A DNA stretch of 63,299 nt, filler included, from Chiloscyllium plagiosum (lineage: Eukaryota), in assembly GCF_004010195.1 (NCBI RefSeq). It is 8 parts of 8 records of this genome, joined end to end, with 100 filler letters (N's around TTAATTAATTAA, not from the genome) between each part and the next. Parts side by side here need not be neighbours in the genome. Positions count along the whole stretch, not along the records: positions 20,947 to 41,175 come from NW_025214931.1; positions 41,276 to 53,557 come from NW_025214549.1; 6 more parts are not named here. One strand, written 5' to 3'. Below, piece after piece: positions 39,267-52,670 of the stretch. The notes beneath the pieces were generated by a model. That model had not been told where the DNA came from. It made no database searches and was given only the letters and a program-made list of their open reading frames with translations. Within the stretch, counting starts at the first letter, position 1. The number at the start of each line of letters is the position of its first letter. The position numbers and the translations under genes were made by a program.

Positions 39267-39749
39267 GTCTCTTGCACAGTAATAGATGGCGGTGTCTTCG
39301 ATCTTCAGGTTCTCCATGTCCAACGCGAAAATGTTGTTTGAAGTGTCTTTGGACGCAGTAAATTGACCCTTAATCGCTGGTGCATAGTTACTGCTGGATG
39401 AACTATTGTAGCGAACCAGCCACTCCAGACCCTTTCCGGGTACCTGTCCGACCCAGTTCATGCCGTAGCTGCTAAGATCGAACCCGCTGGTTTTACAGGT
39501 CAGTTTCAGGCTGCATGCGGGACGGCCAGTCTCTGCCTCTGGCTGAGTCAAAACAATCTCCGACTGGACACCTTTAAAAAAGAAAACAAATAAACCATGA
39601 GCATTAATGCTGGTGAAATGACGGCTGAGTCTTTTACATTCCTGCGGTAGATTAACATTGAGACAGTAACAAAGAAATACTTGAACAAAAAAACACTCAC
39701 ATGATAAGAAAGTCAGTAACAAACTGAGAAAAATTGTCGACACAATCAT
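39267..39749 (-). CDS. IGHV: IgM VH gene: leader exon 39749-39701, V exon 39571-39267
   Basis: [68 protein letters not shown]...[11 protein letters not shown]; GT-AG 129-bp phase-1 intron; no stops. Confidence 0.95.
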
Positions 39750-39835
39750 TCTGATAACTTGTGGGAAATGGTTCTGCTAAGATCTTTCTAAACAGAGCCG
39801 ACCCAGGAGTGTTGAATTACGGTCTAGTGCCCAGG

Positions 39836-39843
39836 ATTTATAT
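39836..39843 (-). promoter_or_regulatory. Probable TATA box of VH
   Basis: ATATAAAT about 90 bp upstream of the leader ATG; no ATGCAAAT octamer seen nearby. Confidence 0.55.
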
Positions 39844-40119
39844 GGTCATCGGAAGGGGCAGGCTTACAGCTTCCGCATGTTGGTTTCCTGCTGGAGGCTG
39901 AGACTGGATCTTGGTATCAGCTTGCACAGCCCGAACACATGGGCTCGTGTATTGGGTTCTGCTTAAACATGGACATATACACATCTTGGGATATTTGTTT
40001 TGCTGAATAGCTTCTTTGGAATTTTTTTTTTAAATGGTGGAAGTAAAATTGAGTAGCTTCAGGTCTGTTTCACATGATAGTTGCAAGTATTTTGTTTAAA
40101 ATAACAATTTCAATCGGAT

Positions 40120-40565
40120 GTTAGCTCCCTTTATTTCTACATTCATTCACAAGCAGATAAAACTAAAATCAAAGTTCAAATATATTACCAGCTAGTAAAA
40201 CAATTCAGCTTTTTTTCCGCCCTGGACACTGCAAGTCTCTGTCCCACGACAAAATAACATATAATTCATACTAAACATTTCCAACTTCAATTTAGACAAC
40301 TGAATACAGAGCGCATCCAAAGTGATTATATTTAGAATATCAATTAGAAGTTAACTCCCTTTAATCCTACATTCAACTACAAGCAGATAAAGCTAATAAG
40401 AACTTCAATAATATTATTAGCCAACAAAATGAGTGACTTTATTTTTGCTGTCACTCAAAGTCTCTCACACATTACAAAATAACATACCATTTCTAATCTG
40501 CGTTTCTAAATTCAATTTAGTCAACCTAATATAGAGCATGTCTAAAGTGATTATGTTCAGAATGT
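40120..40565. repeat. Old diverged ~230-bp tandem duplication upstream of VH
   Basis: Anchors ctccctttta/at..ctacattca..caagcagataa, aagtctct, acaaaataacata, ttcaatttag and aaagtgattat occur twice in the same order. Confidence 0.75.
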
Positions 40566-41275
40566 GAGTGTATGTCACTAAACAGTTTAGAAGCACCTCC
40601 TTACATTGCAGAATGTCTCTCCTTGCATCTTTTTTTTTCAAATTGCTCCGACCCTAAAAATCAACATTAAAGGAAAGCTGTGTGCCTGAGAAACAAAAAG
40701 TGAGTTGGCAGTGATACATAACGCCGAGGTAAACTTTTGAAAGAACATCTAATGAACTAGAACAAGACAGTCCATAAGTTTTTTTTAAAAATCCTCAACA
40801 TCTAAACCATTGCATGTAACAGTCTGGGTACATCAGGAATGTTTGGTTAAATTAGAGAGTATTACAATAATCATTATCACGAATGTAGGTTATAAACAGT
40901 ACATTTCTCTGCTCACTGATAGCTCTGACAGGGGCAGTCAACTCATAAAAATCAGCAAACATTCGCGGTTACACTACACCAGTATTAGCCATGTATAAAG
41001 CGCCCACTCAGTTTTAATGAGATACATGAATCAGAGAATGGTGCAACAAGTGATGTGAGTTTGAACCAATTCAAGTTTATTAATTTACTTTGAGATGATA
41101 ACAAATGTTACTGCAATGTGGGATTTTGGATCCATTAACTTCATATTCAGGAGCTTGAAAGATACTCAATAAACANNNNNNNNNNNNNNNNNNNNNNNNN
41201 NNNNNNNNNNNNNNNNNNNTTAATTAATTAANNNNNNNNNNNNNNNNNNNNNNNNNNNNNNNNNNNNNNNNNNNN

Positions 41276-43295
41276 TCTAGAAAGAGCTGTCCAGCCAGTC
41301 CCACTCTCCAGTCCGATCTCTGTTGCTCTCTAACTTCATCAATTTCAAATATACACATTGAAACCTTCAACAGAATCCACCTCCACCATCCTGTCAGGCA
41401 GCATGTTCCAAATCTTAACAACTCTCTTCGTAAAGACATTCCCCCCCATCTCACTCCTAGCTGTCTTGCTGACCATCTTGAAATTGTTACCCATAGTTAC
41501 AGACATACCAACTCATGGAAACGGAATATCCTCCTTAACGCTGTCAAAATTGTTCAAAACAGTGAACAACTCAATAAGATCACCACTGAATCTTCTCTGC
41601 TCAGAGCAGAATAAGCCCAATCTCTCTAAGCTTTCCTTGTATCGAAAATCCCTCATTCCTGGTATTATTCCAATAAAACTCCTTTGAAGTCTCTCCAGGA
41701 TTTTAACATTGTTCTTTAAATAAGGTGCTCAGACCTGAACACAATCCTCCAAATCTGGTCTGATCAGTGATTTATAGAGGTGGAGCATCAGTTCCTTGCT
41801 TTTATACTTTATTCTCTATTTTAAAACCCACAGATCCTGTAAGCTTATAACTAACAATCAATAAGGGGTTAGAGGATGAAATACGAGAAGATGAAATGCC
41901 AGTTGGTAATATAAAAGAAGATTGAAAGACTTTTTTTTTGTCGAAATATAAAAGCTAAGAGGAAGGCAAGACTGGATGTTGGACTGCTGGAAAATGAGGC
42001 TGGAGAAGTACTAATGGGGAATAAAGAAATGGCAAAGGATCTGAATAGTGACTTTACATCAGTCATCACGTTGGAAGACACCAGTCGTATACCAGATCTT
42101 AAAGAGATTCAGGGGCAGAGATGAGAGTAATGGTGATCACTGAGGAGAAGGTGCTGGGGAAGCTGAAAGTTCTGAGATGGATAAATCAACCGGACTGGAT
42201 AGACTACACCCCAGAGTTTGAAGGAGATAGCTGAGCAGATTGTGGAGGTATTGGTGGTGATCTTTCAGGAATCACTGGAGTCAGGGAGAGTCCAAGAGGA
42301 NNNNNNNNNNNNNNNNNNNNNNNNNNNNNNNNNNNNNNNNNNNNNNNNNNNNNNNNNNNNNNNNNNNNNNNNNNNNNNNNNNNNNNNNNNNNNNNNNNNN
42401 NNNNNNNNNNNNNNNNNNNNNNNNNNNNNNNNNNNNNNNNNNNNNNNNNNNNNNNNNNNNNNNNNNNNNNNNNNNNNNNNNNNNNNNNNNNNNNNNNNNN
42501 NNNNNNNNNNNNNNNNNNNNNNNNNNNNCTGCAGGCAAACCAAAGATAAGTGGAGGGACAGGTCGTGTTGAGGAAGTGGAGAAGCTGAAGAAGGAGTTGA
42601 TCAGGCTCAGAGAGTGGACAAAGAAGTGGCAGATGGAATACAATGTGGCAAAGTGTGAGTTTATGCACTTTAGTAAGAAGGATAAAAGCATAGACTGTTT
42701 TCTAAATGAGGAAAGGATTCACAAATCTGAATCACAAAGGTACTGAGGAGTCATAATCAGGTTTTTCTTAACGTTACCATGTAGGTTCAGTTGGCAGTTA
42801 GGAGCACAAATGCAATGTCAGCATTCATTTCCAGAAGGCGAGAACACAAGAAAAGAGATATACTGCTGAAGCTGTATAAGGCTCTGGTCAGAACACAATT
42901 CATGTATTGTGAGCAGTTTTGGGCCCTGTATATAAGGAAGAATGTGCAGGCATTGGAGGGTGTACAGAAGAGTTTTACAAGAATGATCTTAGGGATGAAG
43001 GGCTTATCATATGAGGAATAGTTGAGGACTCGATGGAGTTTAGAAGGATGAGGGGAATCACATTGAAACTTACAGAATACTGAGAGACCTGTCTCGAGTG
43101 GACACGGAGAAGATATTTCCAACAGGGGAAGAGACCGGGACCCGACGGCACAGCCTCAGAGTGAAGGGAAGACCCTTTTGAACTGAGATAAGGAGGAATT
43201 CCATCCGCCATAGGGTTGTGAATCTGTGGAACTCACTGCTGCAGAAGACTAGGGAGGCCCTGTCATTGAGTGTACTTCACACAGAGGTAGCTAGG
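41276..43295. mobile_element. CR1 LINE fragments (minus about 41276-41860; plus about 41870-43295)
   Basis: RT C-terminal motifs LLKLYKALVR..YCEQFWA, RFTRMI.G and LKEIAEQIVEVLVVIFQESL. Confidence 0.8.
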
Positions 43296-43299
43296 AGCT

Positions 43300-46230
43300 A
43301 AATGCTTCCCACCATGAGCACAGGAAGTGTGGTCAGTGACAGCAGTGGGAGCTCCAGGTTTTGGAGCTTGAGCAGCAGCTGGTGTCAGTGCGGAGCATCC
43401 GTGAGGCTGAGAGCTCCGTGGAGAGCACGTTTCGAGATATGGTCACTCTGCAGCTTCAGAGTATGCAGGGAGAGAGGGAATGGGGGAGCAGCAGACAGTC
43501 CAAGAGGACCAAGCAGCTAGTACAGGAATTCCCTGAGTGCATCCCACTCTCCAACCAAGATTCAGTTCAGAATCCTGATGAGAATGATGGTTCATCTGGG
43601 GAGTGCAGCCAGAGCCAAGTCCATGGCACCACAGGGGGCTCAGCTGTACAGCGGGGCACAAGGAAGACTGGAAGAGCGATAGTGAGGGGAGATTCAATAG
43701 TGAGGGCAATCGATAGGTGTTTCTGTAGCTGCAAATGGAAATCCAGGATGGTGTGTTGTCTCCCTGGTGCCAGGGTCAAGGATATCACTGAGCAGCTGCA
43801 GAGCACCCTGAGGGGAGAGGGGGAACAGGCAGCAGTCGTGGTCCACATTGGTCCCAGTGATAGAGGGAGAAAAGGGATGTGGTCCTGCAGTCAGAATTTA
43901 GGGAGCTCGGGAGGGAATTAGCAGCAGGAACTAAAAAGTAGGAATCTCCAGATTATTTCCAGTGCTCCATGCAAGTGAAAATAGGAACTGGAGGATAAGT
44001 CAGGTGACTATGGGGCTGGAGAGAGGATCCAGGAGGGAGGAATTTTGATTCTTGGGACACTAGGACTGGGTCTGGGGGAGACGGGACTTGAAGACAACAG
44101 ATGGATTGCTCCTGAACAGAGCTGGGATAGATTTCCTTGTGGGGTAATTTGTTAGTGTTATTGGAGAGGATTTAAACTAACTTGGCAGGGCTATGGAAAC
44201 CAGGATGGAACATCAGAGAGGAACACCAAGGATCACAGAATCCTCAGTGCAGTCTATAGGTCACCAAGCAGTGGGCTGGATGCAGATGAATAAATCTCCA
44301 AGGAACTTACAGAGAAGTGGAAACATTACTGAGTTATTATAATGGGGGACTTTAATTATCTGAATATAGCCTGTGATTGGAGCAGCGTCACAGGTAGAGT
44401 TGGCCAGCATTGTGGGAGTGTGTTCAGGTGAATTTTCTCCAGTTGTGTGTTTCCAATCCAATGAGAAAGGAGGCTCTGCTCAGCCTGGATTTTGGGAATG
44501 AGGAGGCTCAAGTGGATCAAGTGTCAGTGAGAAGACATTTAGGGAAGAGTGATCATTGTATCACAAAGTTTAGGGAGACAGTGGAAAAGAACAAAAGCCA
44601 TTCCGGGGTCAAAATGACCAAATGGGAAAATCACCAACTTCCATGGGGTAAGGACACATCAGCTCTGAATAAACTAAGGTCAAAGGTTGGCAAGAAATTC
44701 CTCAGGTGAATAATATGGAGTATAGATCAGGAACAGTCGAAGTATACTTCAGGGAGGGCAAGCAATCCCTGAGCTCTTTTGAGGGCAGAAGTGGAAGAAT
44801 TAAAGTGAATAAAAAGGAGATTTTAAGAAGGGGAGTAGAGACGACCCTGGTCATCATAGACCAGTGAGCCTTACTTCGGTTCTGGGTAAGTGTTGGAAAA
44901 ATTTCTAAGAGATAGGATTTATAATCACCCAGAGAGAAATAAGTTGATTTGGGAAACTCAACATGGTTTTGTGAAGGGTAGGTCGTGTCTCACAAACCTG
45001 ATTGAGTTCTTTGAGATGGTGACCAAACAGGGGGATAAGGGTAAAGTGGTTGATGTGATGTATATGAATTTGAGTAAGGCACTTGATAAGGTTCCCCACA
45101 GTAGGCTATTGCACAAAATACAGAGGTATGGGATTGAGGGTGATTTAGCGGTTTGGATCAGAAATTGGCTTGCTGAAAGAGGACAGAGGGTGGTGGTTGA
45201 TGGGAAATGTTCATCCTGCAGTTCAGTTACTAGTGGTGTACTACAAGGATCTGTTTTGGGGTCATTGTTGATTGTCATTTTTAAAAATGAGCTCGATGAG
45301 GGTGCAGAAGGATGGGTTAGTAAATTTGCGAATGACACTGAGGTCAGTGTAGTTGTGGATAATGCCGAAGGATATTGTAGATTACACAGGTATATAGATA
45401 AGCTGCAGAGGTGGTCTGAGAGGTGAAAAATTGAGTTTTAGGCGGAGAAGTGTGAGATGATTCATTTTGGAAGGTGCAACAGGAATAAAGAGTACTGGGC
45501 TAATGGTAAGATTCTTGGTAGTACAAGTGAGCAGAGAGATCTCGGTGTCCATATACATAGATTCCTGAAAGTTGCTACCCAGGTTGATAGGGTTGTTAAG
45601 AAGGCATAAGGTGTGTTAGCTTTTATTGGCAGAGCGATTGAGTTTTGGAGCCATGAGATCATGTTGCAGCTGTAAAAAACTCTGGTGCGGCCGCACTTGG
45701 GGTATTGTGTACAGTTCTGGTCACAGCCTTATCGGAAGGATGTGGAAGCTTTGGAAAGGGTTCAGAGGAGATTGACTAGGATGTTGCCTGGTATGGAGGC
45801 AAGATCTTATGAGGAAAGGCTAAGGGACTTGAGACTGTTTTCATTAGAGAGAAGAAGGTTGAGAGATGGCTTAATTGAGACATACAAGTTAATCAGAGGA
45901 TTAGAAAGGGTGGACAGTGAGAGACCTTTTCCCCAGATGGTGATGGATAGCATGAGGGGACATTGCTTCAAATTGAGGGATGATAGATGTAGAACAGATG
46001 TCAGAGGTAGCTTCTTTACTCAGAGAGGATTAGGGGAGTGGAATGCACTCCCTGCAACAGTAGTATATTCGCCAACTTTAAGGGCATTGAAATGGTTATT
46101 GGATAAACATGTGGAATGAAAATGGAATAATGTGGGATAGATGGGCTTCAGATTGGTTCCACACTTCGGTGCAACATCAAGGGCTGAAGGGCCTGTACTG
46201 TGCTGTAATGTTCTATGTTCTGTGTTCTTT
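43300..46230 (+). mobile_element. CR1 LINE with ORF1 (esterase-like) and RT remnants
   Basis: ORF1 AIVRGDSIVR...CCLPGARVKDI...VVVHIG. RT QHGFVKGRSCLTNLIEFFE...DKVPH...SGVLQGSVLG...KFAND. 3' tail tgttcta repeats. Confidence 0.9.
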
Positions 46231-46439
46231 AAAAATGAAAGGGCAAAAGATTAGCTGGGTACGGGATAGGGCCCCTTAAGGATAAATGAGGTCACATATG
46301 TGTAGGCCCAGAGAAGACAGGTGAGATCCTAAAGGGATATTTCATGAATGTATTTACTGGAGAGAAAGACATGAAAGCTCGGGACCTCAGGGAAATAAAT
46401 AACGATGTCTTGACAAGAATCCTCATTACAGAAGAGGAG

Positions 46440-49400
46440 TTCTTAAAATGCATAAATTTGATAAATCTGATCTATGACTCTAAGTGTATGCCAGGACATG
46501 GTGAGAAGCTAGAGAAGAGATTACTGTGTCCCTTGCTGAGATATCTGTATTATCAACAGCCACGGGTGAGGTGCTGTCTGATTCGAGGGTGGCTAATGTT
46601 GTTCCATTATTGAGGAAAAGCTGTGAGGAAAAGCCAAGGAACTACAGGCCAGTGAGTCTAACATCAGTGGTGTGTAAGTTGTTGGAAGGAATTCTGAGAG
46701 ACAGCATCTACATGCATTTGGAAAGGCAAGGACTGATTTGGGATCATCAGCATGGCTTTATTTTGTGGAAACTTGTGCTATTGTTGTTCACCATTTATAT
46801 AAATGATTTGGATGTGAAGAAAGGATGAATCGTTAGTACATCTGTGGAAGACATCAAAATTGGTGGCACAGTGGACACTGAAGAAGGTTATCTGAGAGCA
46901 CAATGGGATCCTGATCAACTGGGCCATTGGGCCGAGGAATGGCAGATGGAGTTTAATTCAGATAAATGAAAAGTGCTGCATTTTGGTAAGAAAGAGGAGA
47001 TAGGTGAGATCTTAAACAAATATTTTTGCGGCTGTGTTTACTGTGGAGAACGACATAGAAGCTAGGGAACTTGGAAAAATCTCTGGGACCAGATCAGGTG
47101 TATCCCAGAATACTGTGGGAATCTAGGGAAGAGATTGCTGGGCCCCTCACTGAGATATTTGTGTCATCAACAGCTATGGGTGAGGAGCCAGAGAACTGGA
47201 GAGGTTGGCTAATGCTGTGCCATTATTTCAGAAAGGCTGTAAGGAAAAGCCAGGGAAATATAGACCAGTGAGCCTGATGTCAGTGGTGGGTATTTTTTTG
47301 AGGGGATTCTGAGGGACTGAGGTTTTTTGAAGCAGTGGCAAAGAAGATTGATAAAGGCAGACATTTTCAACATGGACTTCAGCAAAGCATTTCACAAGAT
47401 TCCACATGGTACACAGGTTAGGAAGGTTAGATCACATGGGATCCAGGGGATCCATTTGGATATAAAATTGGCTTGAAGATAGGAGACAAAGAATGGTGGC
47501 AGAGAGCTACTTTTCAGACTGGGGGTCTGTGACCAGTGGTATGCCACAAGGATTGATGCTGGGTCCACTGACTTTTGTAATTTGAAAGCATGATTTGGAT
47601 GTGAATGTAGGTGGTACAGTTAGTGAGTTTACTAACAGTGTATATTATACTATGCAGTATATCGTAAAGAAGATTATTTCAGAGTACAGCAGGACCTTGA
47701 TCAAATAAGGCAATGGGTGGAGGAGTGGCAGATGTGTTCCGATATAGAGAAAGTGAGATGCTGTATTTTGGAAAGCCAAACCAGAGAGAACCCATACAGT
47801 GAATTGTATGGCCCTGTGGAGTGTTGCTGAGCAAGGTGTTGGTCATCTGTTGCTGGGACTGGTGGGTTTGAGCTAGCGGGAGAAACCAAAGGTCATTCCA
47901 GTGGTGAGGAATGTCAGTGATGAAGGTGGATCGGAGAAGTTGGGAATGTCTTCCTTGGAGAAGAGAAGGCTGAGAGGAGGTTTGTTCAAGGAATTCAGCA
48001 TCACGAGGGGTTTGGATACAGTAAATAGGGAGAAAATGTTCCCAATCAGGAAAAGGATTGAGTGCGAGAGGCCACAGATTGAAACTAATTGTTCAAAGAA
48101 ACAAAAGTAAAATGAGGAAAAAACATTTTCAGCCAGTGAGTGGTTAAGGTGTGGAATGCACTGCCTGAGAGTGTGATGGAGGCAGCTTCAATTGAAACAT
48201 TCTGAAGGGAATGAGACTGTTATTTGAAAAGGAACAATGTGCAGGGTGACAGGGAGAAGGCAGGAGAATGACACTCAATAAATTGCTCATTCAGAGAGCT
48301 ATTTCAGACAGGATGGGCAGAATGGTCTCCTTGTGCAGTGTAACAATTCTGTGCTTGTGTGTTTGAACAGAGTAAAAGCTGGGGGAGGTGGGTGCTCAGT
48401 GTCTCACTGTGCTACTGCTGCTGAGGTCAGTGAGATCAAAGACTGGGACAGGGAGCCAGAGCTCACATCAAACTCTGCCCGTGTCCATCACACTGAGACT
48501 GGCAGGAGGCTACTTACTGATTTCACTCCATGCTGCAGGAATGGGACCACAGGCTGCAAATGGACAGAGCTCCTCCACACGGTGAGTAAAACTGACTGAC
48601 TTATATCTTGCTGCTTAAAGGGGCAATGGAACTAAAGAAATACAGCTGGACACCCTGTTAGACACAGTGCTCCTCAATCAACCATTTCATTCACTGCAGC
48701 TCCACACTTACACCTTCAACAATTGGAGGGTGGTACAATTGCAACACTTAAGAGGCATTTGGATGGATTATGAATAGGAAGGGTTTGGAGGGATATGGGC
48801 CAAAATACAAAGTAGTTTCCAAAATACAAAGGGATCTGGGATTGCTAGTCGAGGATTCTCTAAAGGTAAACATGCAGGTTGAGTCCGTGATTAAGAAAGC
48901 GAATGCAATGTTGTCATTTATCTCAAGAGGGTTGGAATATAAAAGCACCTTTGTGCTACTGAGACTTTATAAAGCTCTGGNNNNNNNNNNNNNNNNNNNN
49001 NNNNNNNNNNNNNNNNNNNNNNNNNNNNNNNNNNNNNNNNNNNNNNNNNNNNNNNNNNNNNNNNNNNNNNNNNNNNNNNNNNNNNNNNNNNNNNNNNNNN
49101 NNNNNNNNNNNNNNNNNNNNNNNNNNNNNNNNNNNNNNNNNNNNNNNNNNNNNNNNNNNNNNNNNNNNNNNNNNNNNNNNNNNNNNNNNNNNNNNNNNNN
49201 NNNNNNNNNNNNNNNNNNNNNNNNNNNNNNNNNNNNNNNNNNNNNNNNNNNNNNNNNNNNNNNNNNNNNNNNNNNNNNNNNNNNNNNNNNNNNNNNNNNN
49301 NNNNNNNNNNNNNNNNNNNNNNNNNNNNNNNNNNNNNNNNNNNNNNNNNNNNNNNNNNNNNNNNNNNNNNNNNNNNNNNNNNNNNNNNNNNNNNNNNNNN

Positions 49401-52048
49401 NNNNNNNNNNNNNNNNNNNNNNNNNNNNNNNNNNNNNNNNNNNNNNNNNNNNNNNNNNNNNNNNNNNNNNNNNNNNNNNNNNNNNNNNNNNNNNNNNNNN
49501 NNNNNNNNNNNNNNNNNNNNNNNNNNNNNNTTCTTAAAATGCATAAATTTGATAAATCTGATCTATGACTCTAAGTGTATCCCAGGACATGGTGAGAAGC
49601 TAGAGAAGAGATTGCTGTGTCCCTTGCTGAGATATTTGTATTATCAACAGCCTCGGGTGAGGTGCTGCCTGATTCGAGGTTCATGTTGTTCCATTATTGA
49701 GGAAAAGCTGCGAGGAAAAGCCAAGGAACTACAGGCCAGTGAGTCTAACACCAGTGGTGTGTAAGTTGTTGGAAGAAGTTCTGAGAGACAGCATCTATAT
49801 GCATTTGGAAAGGCAAGGACTGATTTGGGATCATCAGCATGGCTTTTTTTGTGGAAACTTGTGCTATTGTTGTTCACCATTTATATAAATGATTTGGATG
49901 TGAAGAAAGGATGAATCGTTAGTACATCTGTGGAAGACATCAAAATTGGTGGCACAGTGGACATTGAAGAAGGTTATCTGAGAGCACAATGGGATCCTGA
50001 TCAACTGGGCCATTGGGCTGAGGAATGGCAGATGGAGTTTAATTCAGATAAATGAAAAGTGCTGCATTTTGGTAAGACAGAGGAGATGGGTGAGATCTTA
50101 AATAAATACTTTTGCAGCTGTGTTTACTGTGGAGAACGACATGGAAGCTAGGGAACTTGGAAAAATCTCTGGGACCTGATCAGGTGTATCCCAGAATACT
50201 GTGGGAATCTAGGGGAGAGATTGCTGGGCCCCTTGCTGAGATATTTGTGTCATCAACAGCCACGGGTGAGGAGCCAGAGAACTGGAGAGGTTGGCTAATG
50301 CTGTGCCATTATTTCAGAAAGGCTGTAAGGAAAAGCCAGGGAAATATAGACCAGTGAGCCTGATGTCAGGGGTGGGTACATTGTTTGAGGGGATTCTGAG
50401 GGACTGAGGTTTTTTGAAGCAGTGGCAAAGAAGATTGATAAAGGCAGACATTTTCAACATGGATTTCAGCAAAGCATTTCACAAGATTCCACATGGTACA
50501 CAAGTTAGAAAGGTTAGATCGCATGGGATCCAGGGGATCCATTTGGATATAAAATTGGCTTGAAGATAGGAGACAAAGAATGGTGGCAGAGAGCTACTTT
50601 TCAGACTAGGAGTCTGTGACCAGTGGTATGCCACAAGGATTGATGCTGGGTCCACTGACTTTTGTAATTTGAAAGCATGATTTGGATGTGAATGTAGGTG
50701 GTACAGTTAGTGAGTTTACTAACAGTGTATATTATACTATGCAGTATATAGTAAAGAAGATTATTTCAGAGTACAGCAGGACCTTGATCAGATAAGGCAA
50801 TGGGTGGAGGAGTGGCAGATGTGTTCCGATATAGAGAAAGTGAGATGCTGCATTTTGGAAAGCCAAACCAGAGAGAACCCATACAGTGAATTGTAGGGCC
50901 CCTGTGGAGTGTTGCTGAGCAAGGTGTTGGTCATCTGTTGCTGGGACTGGTGGGTTTGAGCTATCGGGAGAAACCAAAGGTCATTCCAGTGGTGAGGAAT
51001 GTCAGTGATGAAGGTGTATCGGAGAAGTTGGGACTGTCTTCCTTGGAGAAGAGAAGGCTGAGAGGAGGTTTGTTCAAGGAATTCAGCATCACGAGGGGTT
51101 TGGATACAGTAAATATGGAGAAAATGTTCACAATCAGGAAAAGGATTGAGTGCGAGAGGCCACAGATTGAAAGTAACTGTTCAAAGAAACAAAAGTAAAA
51201 TGAGGAAAAAACATGTTCAGCCAGTGAGTGGTTAAGGTGTGGAATGCATTGCCTGAGAGTGTGGTGGAGGCAGCTTCAATTGAAACATTCTGAAGGGAAT
51301 GAGACTGTTATTTGAAAAGGAACAATGTGCAGGGTGACAGGGAGAAGGCAGGAGAATGACACTCGATAAATTGCTCATTCAGAGAGCTGTTACGGACAGG
51401 ATGGGCAGAATGGTCTCCTTGTGCACAGTAACAATTCTGTGATTGTGTGGTTGAGCAGAGTTAAAGCTGGGGGAGGTGGGNNNNNNNNNNNNNNNNNNNN
51501 NNNNNNNNNNNNNNNNNNNNNNNNNNNNNNNNNNNNNNNNNNNNNNNNNNNNNNNNNNNNNNNNNNNNNNNNNNNNNNNNNNNNNNNNNNNNNNNNNNNN
51601 NNNNNNNNNNNNNNNNNNNNNNNNNNNNNNNNNNNNNNNNNNNNNNNNNNNNNNNNNNNNNNNNNNNNNNNNNNNNNNNNNNNNNNNNNNNNNNNNNNNN
51701 NNNNNNNNNNNNNNNNNNNNNNNNNNNNNNNNNNNNNNNNNNNNNNNNNNNNNNNNNNNNNNNNNNNNNNNNNNNNNNNNNNNNNNNNNNNNNNNNNNNN
51801 NNNNNNNNNNNNNNNNNNNNNNNNNNNNNNNNNNNNNNNNNNNNNNNNNNNNNNNNNNNNNNNNNNNNNNNNNNNNNNNNNNNNNNNNNNNNNNNNNNNN
51901 NNNNNNNNNNNNNNNNNNGACTGGGACAGGGAGCCAGAGCTCACATCAAACTCTGCCCGTGTCCGTCACACTGAGACTGGCAGGAGGCTACTCACTGATT
52001 TCACTCCATGCTGCAGGAATGGGACCACAGGCTGCAAATGGACAGAGC
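46440..52048 (+). repeat. About 3.1-kb-period duplication of a CR1 mosaic (46440-~48570 / 49531-52048)
   Basis: Both start ttcttaaaatgcataaatttgataaatctg and are colinear; copy 2 is broken by N gaps. Confidence 0.85.
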
Positions 52049-52635
52049 NNNNNNNNNNNNNNNNNNNNNNNNNNNNNNNNNNNNNNNNNNNNNNNNNNNN
52101 NNNNNNNNNNNNNNNNNNNNNNNNNNNNNNNNNNNNNNNNNNNNNNNNNNNNNNNNNNCCGTGGGCACAGCCTTAGAATTAGAGGGGGTAAACTCAGAAC
52201 AGAAATGCGGAGACATTTCTTCAGCCAGAGAGTGGTGGGCCTGTGGAATTCATTGCCGCGGAGTGTAGTGGAGGCCGGGATGCTAAATGAGAGACGCAAA
52301 GCAGAGATTGATAAATTCTTGATGTCACAAGGAATTAAGGGCTACGGGGAGAATGCGGGTAAGTGGAGTTGAAATGCCCATCAGCCATGATTGAATGGCG
52401 GATTGGACTCGATGGGCCTAATGGCCTTACTTCCACTCCTATGTCTTATGGTCTTATGGGCCGGGTGTTGGCAGGTCGGACTAGATTGGATTGGGATATT
52501 TGGTCAGCATGGATGGGTTGTACCAAAGGGTCTGTTTCCATGCTGTACATCGCTATGACTTTATGACTCTATAATTCAGCATTTGTGTTTTAGAAAGTTT
52601 CAGTGCTTAATTACAGAGGATTGAGGTTAACTTAC

Positions 52636-52670
52636 TCAGTCTGAGCTTGGTTCCTTTACCGAACGTGTAC
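52636..52670 (-). CDS. IGKJ: Ig light chain kappa-type J segment YTFGKGTKLRL
   Basis: FGxG motif and donor A|GTAAG. Consensus RSS at 52671-52709: CACAGTG+23+ACAAAAACC. Confidence 0.95.

Noticed and set aside
38000-39571. Germline-joined VDJ (IgM1gj-like)
   Set aside because: V, D1, D2 and J are separate and each retains its RSS.
48770-52372. Long ORFs of 200-300 aa
   Set aside because: They are mostly N gaps flanked by CR1 fragments.
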